Part shown: one piece after another, positions 1-12,360 of the stretch
Numbering within the stretch: position 1 is the first letter of the stretch
Layout: every line of letters starts with the position of its first letter
Assembly: GCF_963921235.1 (NCBI RefSeq)
Contig: NC_086097.1
Coordinates: 87,174,001-87,238,000, forward strand
Reading direction: 5' to 3'
DNA: 64,000 nucleotides
From: Mobula hypostoma
Lineage: Eukaryota
Made by a program: the position numbers and the translations under genes
The notes under the pieces: model-generated
The model's database searches: none
What the model was told of the DNA's origin: nothing
Seen by the model: the letters and a program-made list of their open reading frames with translations, nothing else

Positions 1-230
1 AATCCTATCTTTCCAGACCGGCAGCATGACGAACTCCTGAAATGTACTGCCTGTGACATTTTCTGAATCCTAGATGTTCCCTAGGAAATCCAGCTGCCAT
101 TCCAACTGCTGTCTGCAGTGTGACAGGAGTTGCAGTCCGACACACTTCCTGTCGGATAATGACAAGCGACATTTGACAGTTCATGAGTTCCATGTATTGT
201 AGAAGTTTACCATTGCCCAACTTCAATATC
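1..230 (-). mobile_element. Decayed CR1 LINE 5' region / ORF1 remnant
   Basis: Reverse strand resembles the CR1 ORF1 start (MWE...C.KC..LQLL...LE.QLD.LR.I), heavily mutated. Confidence 0.5.
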
Positions 231-1046
231 CTTTATCCCCAGCCCCTTCCACCAAAAAAAAGAAAAAAAAACTTACTTGGTATTACCCACCTTCCAAACT
301 GAAGCCTGATGCTTACCAATGACTGCATTTTGACCTTAATAGAAGTACCTTGTTCTCACAGCCCTTCTCAGAAAGTTTGCTCCCATTCCGTCCACCGAGC
401 TTTTTATACCTCTTGTTCACTGATGGTCCCACCTGTTGCATCTTCAGGGCTGAATGTCAAGAAGATGAACAAGTCTTCCAAGTGTTATTTGCTGTAAATT
501 TGCTACGTTGAATTGCTGGTGAATATGCTTCATGCTTCCATTTCAACTATGACACAGTGTAATTTCAATCCATTGTTATTAGCTCCATCTCTATTTTGCC
601 CATGAGAATGCAATTTAATTCACTGAATTGCTGTAGATGTTTTGTTATAAAATGCATTGACATATCCAATAAAGGAAGTCAACGTGTACAGAGATGCAGA
701 CTGACTTTTACAAATACTCGTATAAAACATTGCCCCACTGTTTGCTATTCATCATAATGATCCCACCATGAAGGTAGAAGAATAATTAGACTTATCATAC
801 TACTGTCAAATATAAAGTCAATTCACTTCCTTCAGATGTATTAATTTTCATCATTCTCTCTCACTCATTTAGTGCAATACCAGAAGGTTTAAAAAAAGAT
901 AGTTCCTGAAATGTGAACATCACTGACAAACCAAGCATTTATTCGCCATTGCTAATACATTAAAAATACTTTTTTAATATCTGGATGACATTGGCGGAGC
1001 TTGTGAAGTTAGTAGTGAGGACAATCTGATAGCCAATCCCAAGTAA

Positions 1047-3620
1047 GACCATAAAACCATAAGACAAACGAGTAGAATTATGCCATTCAGCCCATTGAGT
1101 CTGCTCCACCATTCAATCATGGCTGATCCTTTTTTTTCTCTCTCAGTCCCATTCCCTGGTCTTCTCACCATAACCTTTTATGCTGTGTCCAATCAAGAAC
1201 CTGTCAAGCTCTGCCTGGCCTGGCCTCTACAGCTACCTGTGGTAATAAATTCCACAAATTTACCACCCTATGGCTAAAGAAATTTCTCTGCATCTCTGTT
1301 TTAAATGGACACCCCACTATACTGAGGCTGTGCCCTTTTGTCCTAGACTCCCCATGGGAAACATCCTTTCCACATCTACTCTGTCTAGGCCTTTCAACAT
1401 TTGAAAGGTTTCAATGAGATTAGATTATGAAGACACGTAGTCCTCTCTTATTGTCATTTAGTAATGCATGCATTAAGAAATGATACAATATTTCCTCTGG
1501 TATGATATCACAAAACACAGGACAGACCAAGACTGAAAAGCTGACAAAACCACATAATTATAACATATAGTTACAACAGTGCAACAATACCATAACTTGA
1601 TGAAGAAGTCCATGAGCACAATAAAAGTTCAAAGTCTCTCAAATATCCCACATCTCACACAGACGGGAGAAGGAAGAAAATCTCTCCCTGCCATGCCAAC
1701 CACAGTCCGACTCTGAGTCATCCAAAAACTTCAAGCTCTGATCAGCTCTCCGACACTGAGTACTGAGTGCCATCTCTGTCCGAACGATTCGACCTCAACC
1801 TCGGTCGCCAACAGCAGGTATTTTGAGGCCTACCCACCGAAAGATTCCCGACCACGCAGTAGCGACAGCAGCGAATGGGCATATCAGAAATTTCTCCAGA
1901 TGTTCCTCAGTGCTTTCAGGTCCATTCTCCATCAAAACAGAATTGTCCACGGCCCCTATTTAACAGATACGATATCATTTTTCACCGGAGGGCTGCGCAC
2001 GCGCAGGCACGCTGCTCTCTCTCCTCCCGCCAGATCCCTCATCCTTCTAAATTCCAGCATCCTCGTATGATAACCCTTTCATTCCCGGAATCATCCTTGC
2101 GAACCTCCTCTGGACCCTCTCCAATGCCAGCACATCTTTTTTTTTAGATGAAGAGCCCAAAAACTGCTTATAATACTCAAGGTGAATCCTCATCACAAGG
2201 TGAAGCCTCAGCATCACATCCTTGCTCTTGTATTCTAGACCTCTTGAAATGAATGCTAACATGGCATTTGCCTTCCACACCACTAACTCAACCTGCAAGT
2301 TAACCTTTAGGGTGTTCTACACAAGGATTCCCAAGTCCCTTTGCATCTTGGATTTTTGGATTTTCTCCCCATTTAGGAAAGAATCTGCACATTTATTTCT
2401 ACTACCAAAATGCATGACCATGTACTTTTCAACATTGAATTTCATTTTCCACTCTCTTGCCCATTATCCTAATCTGTTTAAGTCCTTCTACAGCCTACCT
2501 GTTTCCTCAACACTACGTGCCCATCCACCAATATTCGTATCATCTGCAAACTTGGCAACAAAGCCATCTTTTCCCTCATCAAAATCATTGATATACAGCA
2601 TAATAAGAAGTGGTCCCCTGTGGAACACCACTGGTCACTGGCAGTCAACCAGAAAAGGATCTTTTTATTCCCACTCCCTGCCTCCTACCAGTCAGCCAAT
2701 GCTCTAACCATGCTAATAAATTTCCTATAGTACCAAGGACTCTTAACTTGATAATCAGCCTCATGTGTGGCACCTTGTCAAAGGCCTTCTTAATGTCCAA
2801 ATATACAACATCCACTGCATCCCCTTTATTTATCCTATGTGTAATCTCCTCAAAGAATTCTAACAGGTTCATCAGGCAGGTTTTACCTTAAGGAAACTAT
2901 GCTAACTTTTTCCTGTCTTGTCCTGTGTCCCCTAGTACTCCATAACCTCATCCTTAACAATTGACTCCAACATCTTCCCAACACCGAGGTCAGCCTAAAC
3001 GGACTATAATTTCCTTTCTGCTGCCTTCCTCCTCTCTTAAAAAGTGGAGTGACATTTGCAATTTTCCAGTCCTCTGGCACCATGTCAGAGTCCAATGATT
3101 TTTGAAAGATCATTACTAATGCCTCCACAATCTTCAGTACCCTAGGGTGCAGTTCATCTGATCCAAGTGACTTATGTACCTTTAGGTCTTTCAGCTTTCT
3201 GAGCACCTTCTCCCTTGTAATAGTAACTGCACTCACTTCTCTTCCCTCACACCCCTCAACATCTGACATACTGCTGGTGTCTTCCATAGTGAAGACTGAT
3301 GCAAAATACTCACTTAGTTCATCTGCCATCTCCTTGTCCCCCATTATTATTTCTCCGGCCTTATGTTCTAGTGGTCCTATACCCACTCTCATCTCTCTTT
3401 TATTGTTTACATACTTGAAGAATCTTTTACTATCCACTTTGATATTGTTTGCTAACTTGCTTTCATATTTCATCTTTTCCCTCCTAATAATTCCTTTAGT
3501 TGCTCTCTGAGGGTTTTAAAAGCTTCCAAATCCTCTGTTCTCCCACTAATTTTTGCATTATTGTATGCCCTCTCTTCTGCTTTTACATTAGCTTTGACTT
3601 CGCTTGTCAGCCGCGGTTGT
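1047..3620 (-). mobile_element. CR1 LINE, 5'-truncated ORF2 (RT) and 3' end, interrupted at 1421-2030
   Basis: ORF pieces [65 protein letters not shown]1 3' UTR at 1047-1420. Confidence 0.93.
1421..2030 (-). mobile_element. Non-autonomous retroposon (SINE-like) inserted in CR1
   Basis: Splits the CR1 at gagat|ccc with AGAT on both sides; homologous to 19638-20220; ends in a stem-loop plus AATCT tail. Confidence 0.75.
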
Positions 3621-3624
3621 TCCA

Positions 3625-3880
3625 TGATCTCTACCACCAGGAGGTTCAAGGACTACAGGTGGATGAGCAAACTACCACCAAAGTACACTCATTCTGTCTT
3701 GGGTATATATCACTGTCTTTCATTATTGAGAGACGTAAATCATGAAACTCCCTTCACCACAATTGTGCAAGTACCTTCACCTGAGGACTGCAATGATTCA
3801 AGAAGGTGATTCACTGCCACATTCTAAAGGGTATTTAGGCATTAGGAACAACTATTGGCTTTGGCTGTTTCATCCAGATC
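3625..3880 (+). mobile_element. Old LINE 3' end (CR1/L2 group) remnant
   Basis: ggactgcaatgattcaagaaggtgattcactgccacattctaaagggtatttagg resembles a common chondrichthyan LINE 3' terminus. Confidence 0.55.
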
Positions 3881-4061
3881 TCATACTGTAAATAAACTGA
3901 TTACAAAAAATTCTTGTTGGGTAAAGATTTCGGAATTCAGACCCAGCAATGGATGAATATTTTGGAATACATATATTTCCAAATTAGGGAAGTGCGATTT
4001 AAGGTGAAACCTGTGGATGATGGCATTCTTCTGCTCCTTCTGCTCCTCTCTTTGTGGGCTG

Positions 4062-4210
4062 TTCAAATTCAAGTTTGTCATTGTCATAGGCATACATATA
4101 TGCAGTATAATTGCCATGAAGGTTAGGTTTTTTTTTGCAGCATCACAGTACATTACAAGATAAGGACAAACACGAGTTAACATAAACTTAAGTTAACATA
4201 AATTATACAT
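4062..4210 (-). mobile_element. Rex1/Babar-type 3' tail fragment
   Basis: Reverse strand ends ...atgacaaacttgaatttgaa, like other Rex-type tails in the window. Confidence 0.45.
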
Positions 4211-4832
4211 AATTTGCACATGTAGAGACTGTGGTTTGTGAAATGTCATTTAAGTATTGTAGAAGAGGAATTATGATGTATTTTTCTACTGGTGCACACT
4301 GTAACTATGTGTTGGTGAGGGTCAGAAAGTTTAAGATGGTGGTTAGAATACCATTCATGCAGGCAGCTTTGTCAAGCAATAAATAAAGCCTTTTAAATGT
4401 TGAACTCATTCAAGCAAGTGACAAGAACCTGCAGTCCTGAATTTTGTCTTCCAGATAGTAGAAAAACTTTAGCGAGTCTCAGGAGGAGTAATTTGCAAAA
4501 ATGTACAAAGGCTCTATGTCTTTGAGCCTATTAGGTTTCTAATTAATGGTGACTAATTGTAAGATACTGGTGGGCCAACTTTACAATAATAATATCATTG
4601 AATGCCAAAGGGTGATGGTTAGATTTCTTGTTATCAATCTTTGCCTCACTGGAGGAAGTAGGCTGCTGTATTATCTGAGATGTTGCAAACAGGTTTCAAG
4701 CTAAATAGCATCTCTATTTTTGAAATCATGAAGGAGGGCAACTCATTGAGGAAGCAGTGAAAAATAGCTGGATTTAGGAGATGTCCAACAGATGGTAAGC
4801 ATCCTCATATGTGCTGATGAAACATTTTCTCC

Positions 4833-5359
4833 TATATATAGCTAGGGTGTCTAAAACTTTTGCACAGTTCTGTAGTAATTTTATATACTGCACTGTACTG
4901 CTGCCACAAAAAAAAAACAAATTTTGTGACATATGTGAGTGATGATAGACCTGATTCTGATATGGGTCTCTGTTGTGCACTAAGAGTGGGAAGGGGGCAG
5001 GGAGAGGGGAATTACGGTTGGGAAAAGGGGAAGGGAGAGGGGAGGGAATGGGAAGCACAAGAGAGATATTCTGCAATGACAATAAACCAATTGTTTGGAA
5101 CCAAATGAACTTGCCTGGTGTCTCAGGACTGGGTGTGTCTGCACCTGCATCATCCCTCCACACCATACACTCCTTCTCTGCCACCTGTCCCACACACCCC
5201 CGCCCCCCCCCCCCCGCAGGGCTCCTCACCATTCCCCACATCCATTGCTCCCGGCAAATTTACAAACTCACTCTCTGCTCCACATTGACAAATACAGTGC
5301 TGTGCAAAAGTCTTAGGCACCCTAGCTATATATGTGTCTAAGACTTTTGCACAGTACTG
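4833..5359 (+). mobile_element. Non-autonomous Tc1/mariner-like composite element, copy 1 (left end truncated)
   Basis: TIR cagt(a/g)ctgtgcaaaagtcttaggcac; palindromic terminal unit 5295-5359 flanked by TA; homologous to 37257-37530 and 49964-50479. Confidence 0.85.
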
Positions 5360-6149
5360 TATGTTAGTTGAGAAAGTGCCATTTGTTAAGACTGTCAGCA
5401 CTTTCTGTTGCTTTTAGCATGGGCTGATGGAATGTTGCTTTCACTGGGTTGGCTTCTTCCTGCTTCCAGGACATATTGAAAGCCTTCTTAATCGTTAATT
5501 ATATACTGATGTTGCAGATGTACTGGAACAGTCTGGCTAGAGATCTGACTTTTCTGGAGCACATTTCCACTGTTATATCTAGCATGTTGTCACTTTCCTG
5601 TGTGCTCACTGGTTTCTTTGTATCTCATAGAGTGATTTGTATTGACAAATAACAATGACAATAACAGGGATTTGTATCCACAGTGATGGTAGCCTCACGA
5701 GGTCTCTGAGATGGATCATCTTTTTGACATATCCTGAAGCCTAGAAATGTGTTCCTAGTCAATATTATCAAATGCATCTGGGTATCGCATTGCATTTCCA
5801 AAAATCATTAACAGAAGATCTAACTTCAAAGGAATTTTAGAACAGCATGTGATACTTAGCCAACTACTATGTGTGTGATTAGTGTTACTAACAAAGGAAG
5901 AATATCTGCCCTTGCTTTTTGCATTTGTGCTTCGAATTTTCATATTTTGGGGTATGATGCTGATCATGGAGCTTCCTCCATTGTTAAAGATGGCAAGACC
6001 TTGACTGAACTTTTCATTTGATCGCTTCACCATGCTGCTTATGGTGTTCAGTGTGCACTTAGTCCTGTTTCTTACTGATATCTATTTTTTAGCTACACCT
6101 GGTGCTTTTCCTGGCGTCCTTTTCTACATTGCAACAGGCTTGGATGGGC

Positions 6150-6600
6150 AAATAAGGGGGTTAATGGTCGAGGTGCAAAATTTAAAAGCAAGAGGGTCAT
6201 TCTGGAGATGTAAAAATAAACCACAAGTTAGGCCACAGTTAAATATTGTATACTTCTATCACCACGCTTTAGGGAAAATGTGTTAGCATTAAAGTGGATG
6301 CGGATGGATGTTGGCAGATCTGGAGAACTGAGGAGACACTAGATAGGCTGTGACTGTTTTCTCTGCAATAAGGAGGCAGGGAGTAGATCTTATTCAAGAG
6401 CTTGACATTGAACAAAAATTATTAATTTCAACAATTAGGAAGGTAATTGGCAGAAAGATCTGAACAAGGTTGAGAGAGTTTTTTTTTTCACCCTGAAGAG
6501 TGATCAGCAACTGGAACTTACTATTTGAAAGGGTAATGGAAACAGAAACACTCAAAACATTCAGAAAGTATCTGATTGAGGTACACACAGTCCACTGGCT
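6150..6600 (+). mobile_element. Decayed CR1 3' portion
   Basis: gttaggccacagttaaatattgt (VRPHLEYC-like) and ttttcaccctgaagagtgatcagcaactggaac resemble the CR1 ORF2 C-terminus. Confidence 0.55.
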
Positions 6601-7005
6601 ACACAGCGAGTATACCTCCACCTAAAGTCAGAAATGGAGAAAAAGTTACAAGCCAAAACTGCAGCACTTTTATCTGAGTGCATGTTACATTTGTAACAAG
6701 ATAGATGAATTAATGACACATATAAAAATAAATATGTATGGTTTAGTAGCTATTACAGAGATGTAGATGGAAAGTAACTGAGTTTGGCAACTATTTACTC
6801 GAGGATATTTAAGTTTTAGAAGAGATAGGTCAGCTACAAAGGAAGGGGTAGCTCAAAATATTGGAAGGGATAAAGGCAAAAGAAAGAAAGGCTCTTAGAT
6901 TGGAAAATCAAGAAGTAGAATCTTTTTGAGTGCAGCTAAGAAACAAGGAGCAGACTATATTGGTAGGAGTTGTCAATCGGCTCCCAGGCCGTAGTGGCAA
7001 TACAA

Positions 7006-7822
7006 GTTCAAAGTTCAAAGTAAGTTTATTCTCAAAGTACATATATGTCACAATATACTACCCCGAGATTAATTTTCTTGTGGACATTCACAATAGAACA
7101 AAGAAATACAACAGAATCAATGGAAAACTACACACAAAGACTGACAAACTATCAGCGTGCAAAAGAAAATACACTGTCCAAATACAAAAAAAAAGGTAAG
7201 TAAGTAAATAAATAAATACAACTGAGAACATGAGTTGTAGAGTCCTTGAATGTGAGTCCATAGGTTGTAGACTCGGTTCAGTGTTGAGTGAGGTTATCTA
7301 CACTGGTTCAGGAGTTTGAGAGTCGGTGTAATAACTGTTTCCAAGTCTGTTAATGTGAGACCTAAGGCTACTGGACCCCTTTTTTGAGAAGAGAGCATGG
7401 CCTGGACGGAGGGGGTCCTTGGTGATGGGTACTGCTTTTCGTGGCAGCGCTCTTTGTACAGTAGATGTGCTCAATGGAGAAAAGGGCTTTTTCTGTAATG
7501 GACTGGGCTGTGTCCATCACTTTCTGTAGGCTTTTGCATGCTTGGACATTGGTGTTTCCATACCAGGCCACGATGCAACCAGTCAGGATACTCTCCACTC
7601 TGCATCTATTGAAGTCTGTCAATGATTTAGGTGACATGCTGAAGCAGTGCAGGTTTCTAAGACAGTAGAGGTGCTCTCATGCCTTCTTTGTAATGGCACC
7701 TACATGCTGATCCCGGGGCAGTTCCTCTGAAATGATAACGCCAAGGAATGTACAGTCACTGACTGTCTCCACCTTTGATCCCTTATTAAGGACTGGTCTT
7801 CCTCCTGTAGTCAATAATCAGA
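7006..7822 (-). mobile_element. Rex1/Babar LINE 3' fragment nested in CR1
   Basis: ORF 7368-7637 (VESILTGCIVAWYGN..LQKVMDTAQSIT); tail aataaacttactttgaactttgaac on the minus strand. Confidence 0.88.
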
Positions 7823-8226
7823 TAAAGTACAAATTATGAAATCAGAGGGGCATGTAATAGGGATACTAAATAATCATAAGGAAGCTTAATCGGCATTTAA
7901 AATGGGCAAAGCAAGCAAGCAGGAATATTAGGGAAGATAAACTCTTGTCATGATTAAATCTTATGTCAAGGAGCTAAATTGAGATCTGGCTAATGTACAT
8001 CTAATATTGGGCAATAAATAATGACTGGAAATATGGCTAATAAGAGAAGTTAAAGGAAGTATTCTATCAAAGCAAAAGGTTTATAATGTTGCTAAAAAGA
8101 ACAGGAAGCTTTGGGATTGGGACAATTTCAGAACTCCACCGAATAGGGCCTTGAGACTGATAAGGAAAGGTGAAGTAGAAGAGGAGAATAAAATAGTGAG
8201 AAATATAAAAACTAACTTCAAAAGTG

Positions 8227-8725
8227 AATAAACTCTTCTTGGGCTTCCAGCCAGGTACAATATCAATTTTAACCAATGCTTCAATGACAGGCTATGGCCA
8301 TTGCAAACACGATATTCTGCAATCACAGATTTCTCCAGGTAACCCAAACAGATTCACAATGGCCATAGGATTGACTTTGTTGGCACAAAACTACTGCGCC
8401 ACGCCAATGGTCTTTAGGGCTGCCAGGTGAAAGAAGGTATTGAAATAAAACCAGAGGAAAATAATTTTGTCAAAGGTGAAGGTCTTGATCTTAGAACTGG
8501 AATTAGATTGTAAACAAAGTGAGACAGTGGAAACCTGATTGGATGAGGACTAACAAATCAGGAGGGACAGATGACGGAGTATGAACACCACTGGACTAGA
8601 CATACTCAAGCATTTTCCCTGATGAAGCTGGCAGAGTTTGTCATTGAAACATTGGTTAAAATCAATACCTGTACCCAAGAAGAGTTTATTTGTCATATAT
8701 GCCAGGAAAGCACTAGATCCTTTTT
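8227..8725 (+). mobile_element. Penelope-like element family B: GIY-YIG C-terminus, pseudo-LTR and inverted partial pseudo-LTR
   Basis: Decayed NGHRIDF..TKLL...VKE.IEI...ENNF.K.EG; 8227-8300 is an inverted copy of about 8627-8690; flanked by taacttcaaaa(g/a)tgaa at 8213-8228 and 8726-8741. Confidence 0.8.
8615..8657 (+). ncRNA. Hammerhead ribozyme motif (decayed), Penelope family B
   Basis: CTGATGA-A-gctggca gagtt tgtcatt-GAAAC-att; stem II largely retained; cleavage triplet altered, consistent with CpG decay of GAAACGTCGG. Confidence 0.65.
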
Positions 8726-9653
8726 TAACTTCAAAAATGAAAAGATCAGCTAACGTTGACCCTTACAGACTGAAGGAACAATTACAAGAATAAAGAAATG
8801 GTAGAGAAATTCAACGAATATTATGTGATTATGTTTGCAGAAAAACAAATACTAATCCCAGAAATAATGGGGAATGGGTCCAGAGTGAATAAAGAGCTGA
8901 ACTGAATATGTTGTAGTTAAAAATAAAGTATTGGAAAAATTAATGTAGCTGAGATCCAGTAAATCCTGGATAACCTGCATCCCAGAGCTTTGAAAGTGAT
9001 GGCTTGGGATATAGTGGTTGTACTAGTTATCTTTCTACAAAAAATAGAGGTATTAGAATGGCTCTGACATACTGTATTAGGATAGAGAAAACAGAGAACT
9101 AACAGCCATTTATCCTAAAATCAATAGGAGTAAGGATACTGGCACCTACAAACGTATTATTAAGGAAGTGATAGCTAGACCCTTAAAAATAATAATAGGA
9201 TTAAGTAGAGTCTCAATGGATTTATGAAAGGGAAATCATGAAACAGTCAATATTCTGACTTTAGACTTTGAGAAGGTCTTTAATAAGGTGCTGCAGAAAA
9301 GGTCATCAAACAAAATTAGAGCAAAATTGAAGTAATATACCTAAGTGTAGATTGAGAGCTACTTAATGTTCAGAACAAGTAGGAGTTAATATGTCCATTT
9401 CCATTTGGGAGACTTTAAACTAAGAGGGTGTATGAGGACTGGTACTAAGGAAGCACTTGTTTACAATCTCGCTTCATGATTTGAATTAAAGGAGCTCATG
9501 TTGTAAATTAAGGTTCATCAAAGATAGAAACCTGGCTGGTTTTGGAAACTGGGGAGAATATGCAAAGTTTCAAGGGGATAAAGAAATGACAGATGCAATA
9601 CAATATGAATATGTGAGGTCACCCACTTTGATAGACAAAAACAGAAGAAACAG

Positions 9654-9859
9654 CAAACAAGAGGAATTCTGCAGTTGCTGGAAATTCAAGCAACACACAT
9701 CAAAGTTGCTGGTGAACGCAGCAGGCCAGGCAGCATTTCTTGGAAGAGGTACAGACGACATTTCAGGCCGAGACCCTTCGTCAGGACTAACTGAAGGAAG
9801 AACTCTTCCTAGAAATGCTGCCTGGCCTGCTGCGTTCACCAGCAACTTTGATGTGTGTT
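9654..9859 (-). mobile_element. Miniature fold-back Penelope family A insertion (non-coding)
   Basis: Inverted arms 9692-9748 and 9803-9859; TSD aacagaagaa(a/c)cag at 9640-9653 and 9860-9873; homologous to the 3' end of 52473-53773. Confidence 0.88.
9753..9788 (-). ncRNA. Minimal type I hammerhead ribozyme motif (mutated)
   Basis: Minus strand agtc-CTGACGA-a-gggtctcggcct-GAAA-t-GTC-gtct. Confidence 0.7.
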
Positions 9860-11519
9860 AACAGAAGAACCAGGATAGCTTATAAACGATGGGAGTTTGA
9901 ATAGTGTTGGCATTCAGAGAGACCTAGATGTCTCTGCACACAAGGTACCAAAATTAACCTGTAGATACAACAAGCAACTGAGGAGACTAATAGCGTGTTG
10001 GCCTTTATTGCTAGAAGATTTGTGTACATTAGTAAAGGCATCATACTGGAATTATATAAGATTCTAGAGAAAATATATCTGGAATATTGAGCTCAGAACT
10101 AACTCCCTACTTAAAAATAAAAAAACTAGCAATACTGAGAGTGCAGTGAAGGCTCACCAGGTTGATTTATGGGAAACTGGAGCTTGCCTTGTAAAGGAAA
10201 GATTAAACAGACTGGACCTGTACTCTCTTGAGTTTTGAATGAGAAATACCTTTATAAAAATAGGCAATTCTTATGGGATTTGACAGGATGGATGTGGTGA
10301 TGATGTTTCCACTACCTGTGGAAGTCACAAACTCAAAATAATCGTCCAGAAAAGAAGATTTTTTTTTTCACTCAGCAGGTGGTATGTCTCTGGAATTCGT
10401 TATGCAACAGGCCTGTGGGGGCTTTGTTACTGAGTACATTCAATGAAGTGTTTATAGGGTTTTGGATATGAATTAATCAAGGAATATGATATTTGTAAAG
10501 GTAAAAGGTACTGAGGTAAGTCATCAAATGTGATATTTTGAGTGGTGGAATTGTAGGTGCTTCGGCTTCTATTCCTTCTGTACTTCGTAAAGTGATTCAG
10601 CTTAAATTTGGAGAAGTGCTATGTAGATGACTATTGACATGCTTAGGGCCTGCTCTCAGCAGATACATTCGTTCATCTTGTGCAGCTTTCCCTTATCCAG
10701 CTATTTATAAAGTGGCTCACATATTAATTAAGTCAGCCTGTGACATTTATAGTCTTTAGCTGTGCAAAAAAAAAAATGTCACTAAATAACACTGAGTTAA
10801 TCAGTAGCAGCAATATTCTGGTGAATACTGAAAGTCTAATGAATACCTTCCAGTTGAGAAATGCCATTCTGAGGAAGTGAGCAGTAAATCTTTCACTGAG
10901 CAGGCTGATGGCCTGGATTGTGGAATCTTTAAAAACAGAGATATCTGAAGCTATCTGCAAAACTGTGAACTGATTTTTAAATCTATAGACATCCGGAAAC
11001 CAGATTTTACCCTTTTAAAGCAATAAAAAGACATGCTTTTTAATTGTAACATATACAAAGGGTGATTTATTCTTAAAGTGGGACATAATATCTCTACAAA
11101 TTTATCTTAATTCTCAGTAAAGCCTTTTCTTTCTGTCAGCTATTCGTGTTATAACTTTAGTTAAGCATGATACTGTGCAACATCTGTCATGTGATTTAAT
11201 ATCAAAATAACTTTTGACCAAGAACTTGTGGTTGTGATAATCCAAGATATGAATACACAGGAAATGAAGCATAGCTCACAAAAAGCAAAGCTGTGCTAAA
11301 GAGATAAAAGCCATCAGTGAGTACATACACTGAAAATAATATTGAGGCTGAGTCCAATATGTGATTTCCAATATTATGTTAATTGTAACAAGCTCCAGTA
11401 ATAACATTACATTCCACAGTATGTTTTTTTTAAATACAAACAATTCTCTTGGGGTAATTGATGCAGACTGGGGTGTTTGGTGAAGATGGCCATGACCTTG
11501 CATTGGCTAGTGGTGTGGC

Positions 11520-11760
11520 ACTGAACTGAACTAAATACTACTGGACTCCCGGTTTGATGTTTGATATTCTATGTGTTTTCTCCTCACTTTTTCCCGTTTA
11601 CGCAATTCGTTATTTTTTTCACACGTTGGGTATTTGAAGTTTTCTTGAACGTGTTCCAAGGTGTTTCTTGGTTTCATGGCTGCCTGTGCGAGAATTAATC
11701 TCAGAATTGTATTCTGTATGCATACTTTCAGAATAAATGCACTTTGAGTCTTTGAATCTT
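11520..11760 (+). mobile_element. Non-autonomous retroposon fragment with Rex-type tail
   Basis: Ends aatctcagaattgtattctgtatgcatac...aataaatgcactttgagtctttgaatctt. Confidence 0.6.
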
Positions 11761-12051
11761 ATACGTAGTGTCCTCTTAGAATTAAAAAGAACCACATATG
11801 TTTTAATGTCATTGGCTAAATGTAAAGGAAGGAAGGATTTCTGGACCTAGAAAACAGTAAAGTATCTTTGTACCTTTGTTCTACCATGCACACAGAGACT
11901 GGCACAATCACAGTGTATTCAATCATGTAATTTCAATCGTAACTACAAAACACAATGATAAAAGAAACAAATGGCAATGAGGTGCCAGGAGCAGAAATAA
12001 TTACAATTACAAAATAGATATAGGGAAGGAACACAGACTGAAGATAACCAT

Positions 12052-12310
12052 TGGCGACATGTGGTCAGCACAATTCTTTACAGTACCAGTGACCAGGGTT
12101 CAATTCCCACATCTACCTGTAAAGAGTTTATACATTCCTCCTTTGACTACATGGGTTTCCTCAGGGTGTTCCAGTTTCCTCCCACAGTCCAAAGACGTAC
12201 TGGTTGGTAGGTTAATTGGTCATTGTAAATCGGGAGTTGCTGGGCGGAGCGGTTTGAAGGGCTGGAAGAGCCTATTCTGTGTTTTGTCTCAATAAGTCAG
12301 TAAATAAATA
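12052..12310 (+). mobile_element. tRNA-derived V-SINE
   Basis: B-box gggttcaattccc; V-domain gggtttcctcagggtgttccagtttcctcccacagtccaaagac; AAAT tail. Confidence 0.85.
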
Positions 12311-12360
12311 GCCAATTTGATCCAAGATGTAAGTGCTTTTCATTCCTAATTGTCCATCAG

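Larger units (their letters stand above)
6650..10585 (+). mobile_element. Old near-full CR1 ORF2 (endonuclease to RT to 3' end) with three nested insertions
   Basis: Decayed motifs NK.DEL, VAITE, ggataacctgcatcccagag (PD.LHPR), ggatttatgaaagggaaatcatg (GFMKGKSC), ttagactttgagaaggtctttaataaggtg (LDF.KAFDKV). Confidence 0.8.

Noticed and set aside
4774..5401. Cluster of overlapping ORFs up to 155 aa
   Set aside because: They lie in the low-complexity interior of the composite Tc1-like element; frames are not conserved in the other copies.
5755..6286. ORFs of 92 and 84 aa
   Set aside because: No recognisable domain or splice context; the second runs into a CR1 remnant.
9570..9861. ORFs on both strands with repeated peptide (NAAWPAAFTSNFDVC)
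   Set aside because: Artefact of the inverted repeat; the element is non-coding.
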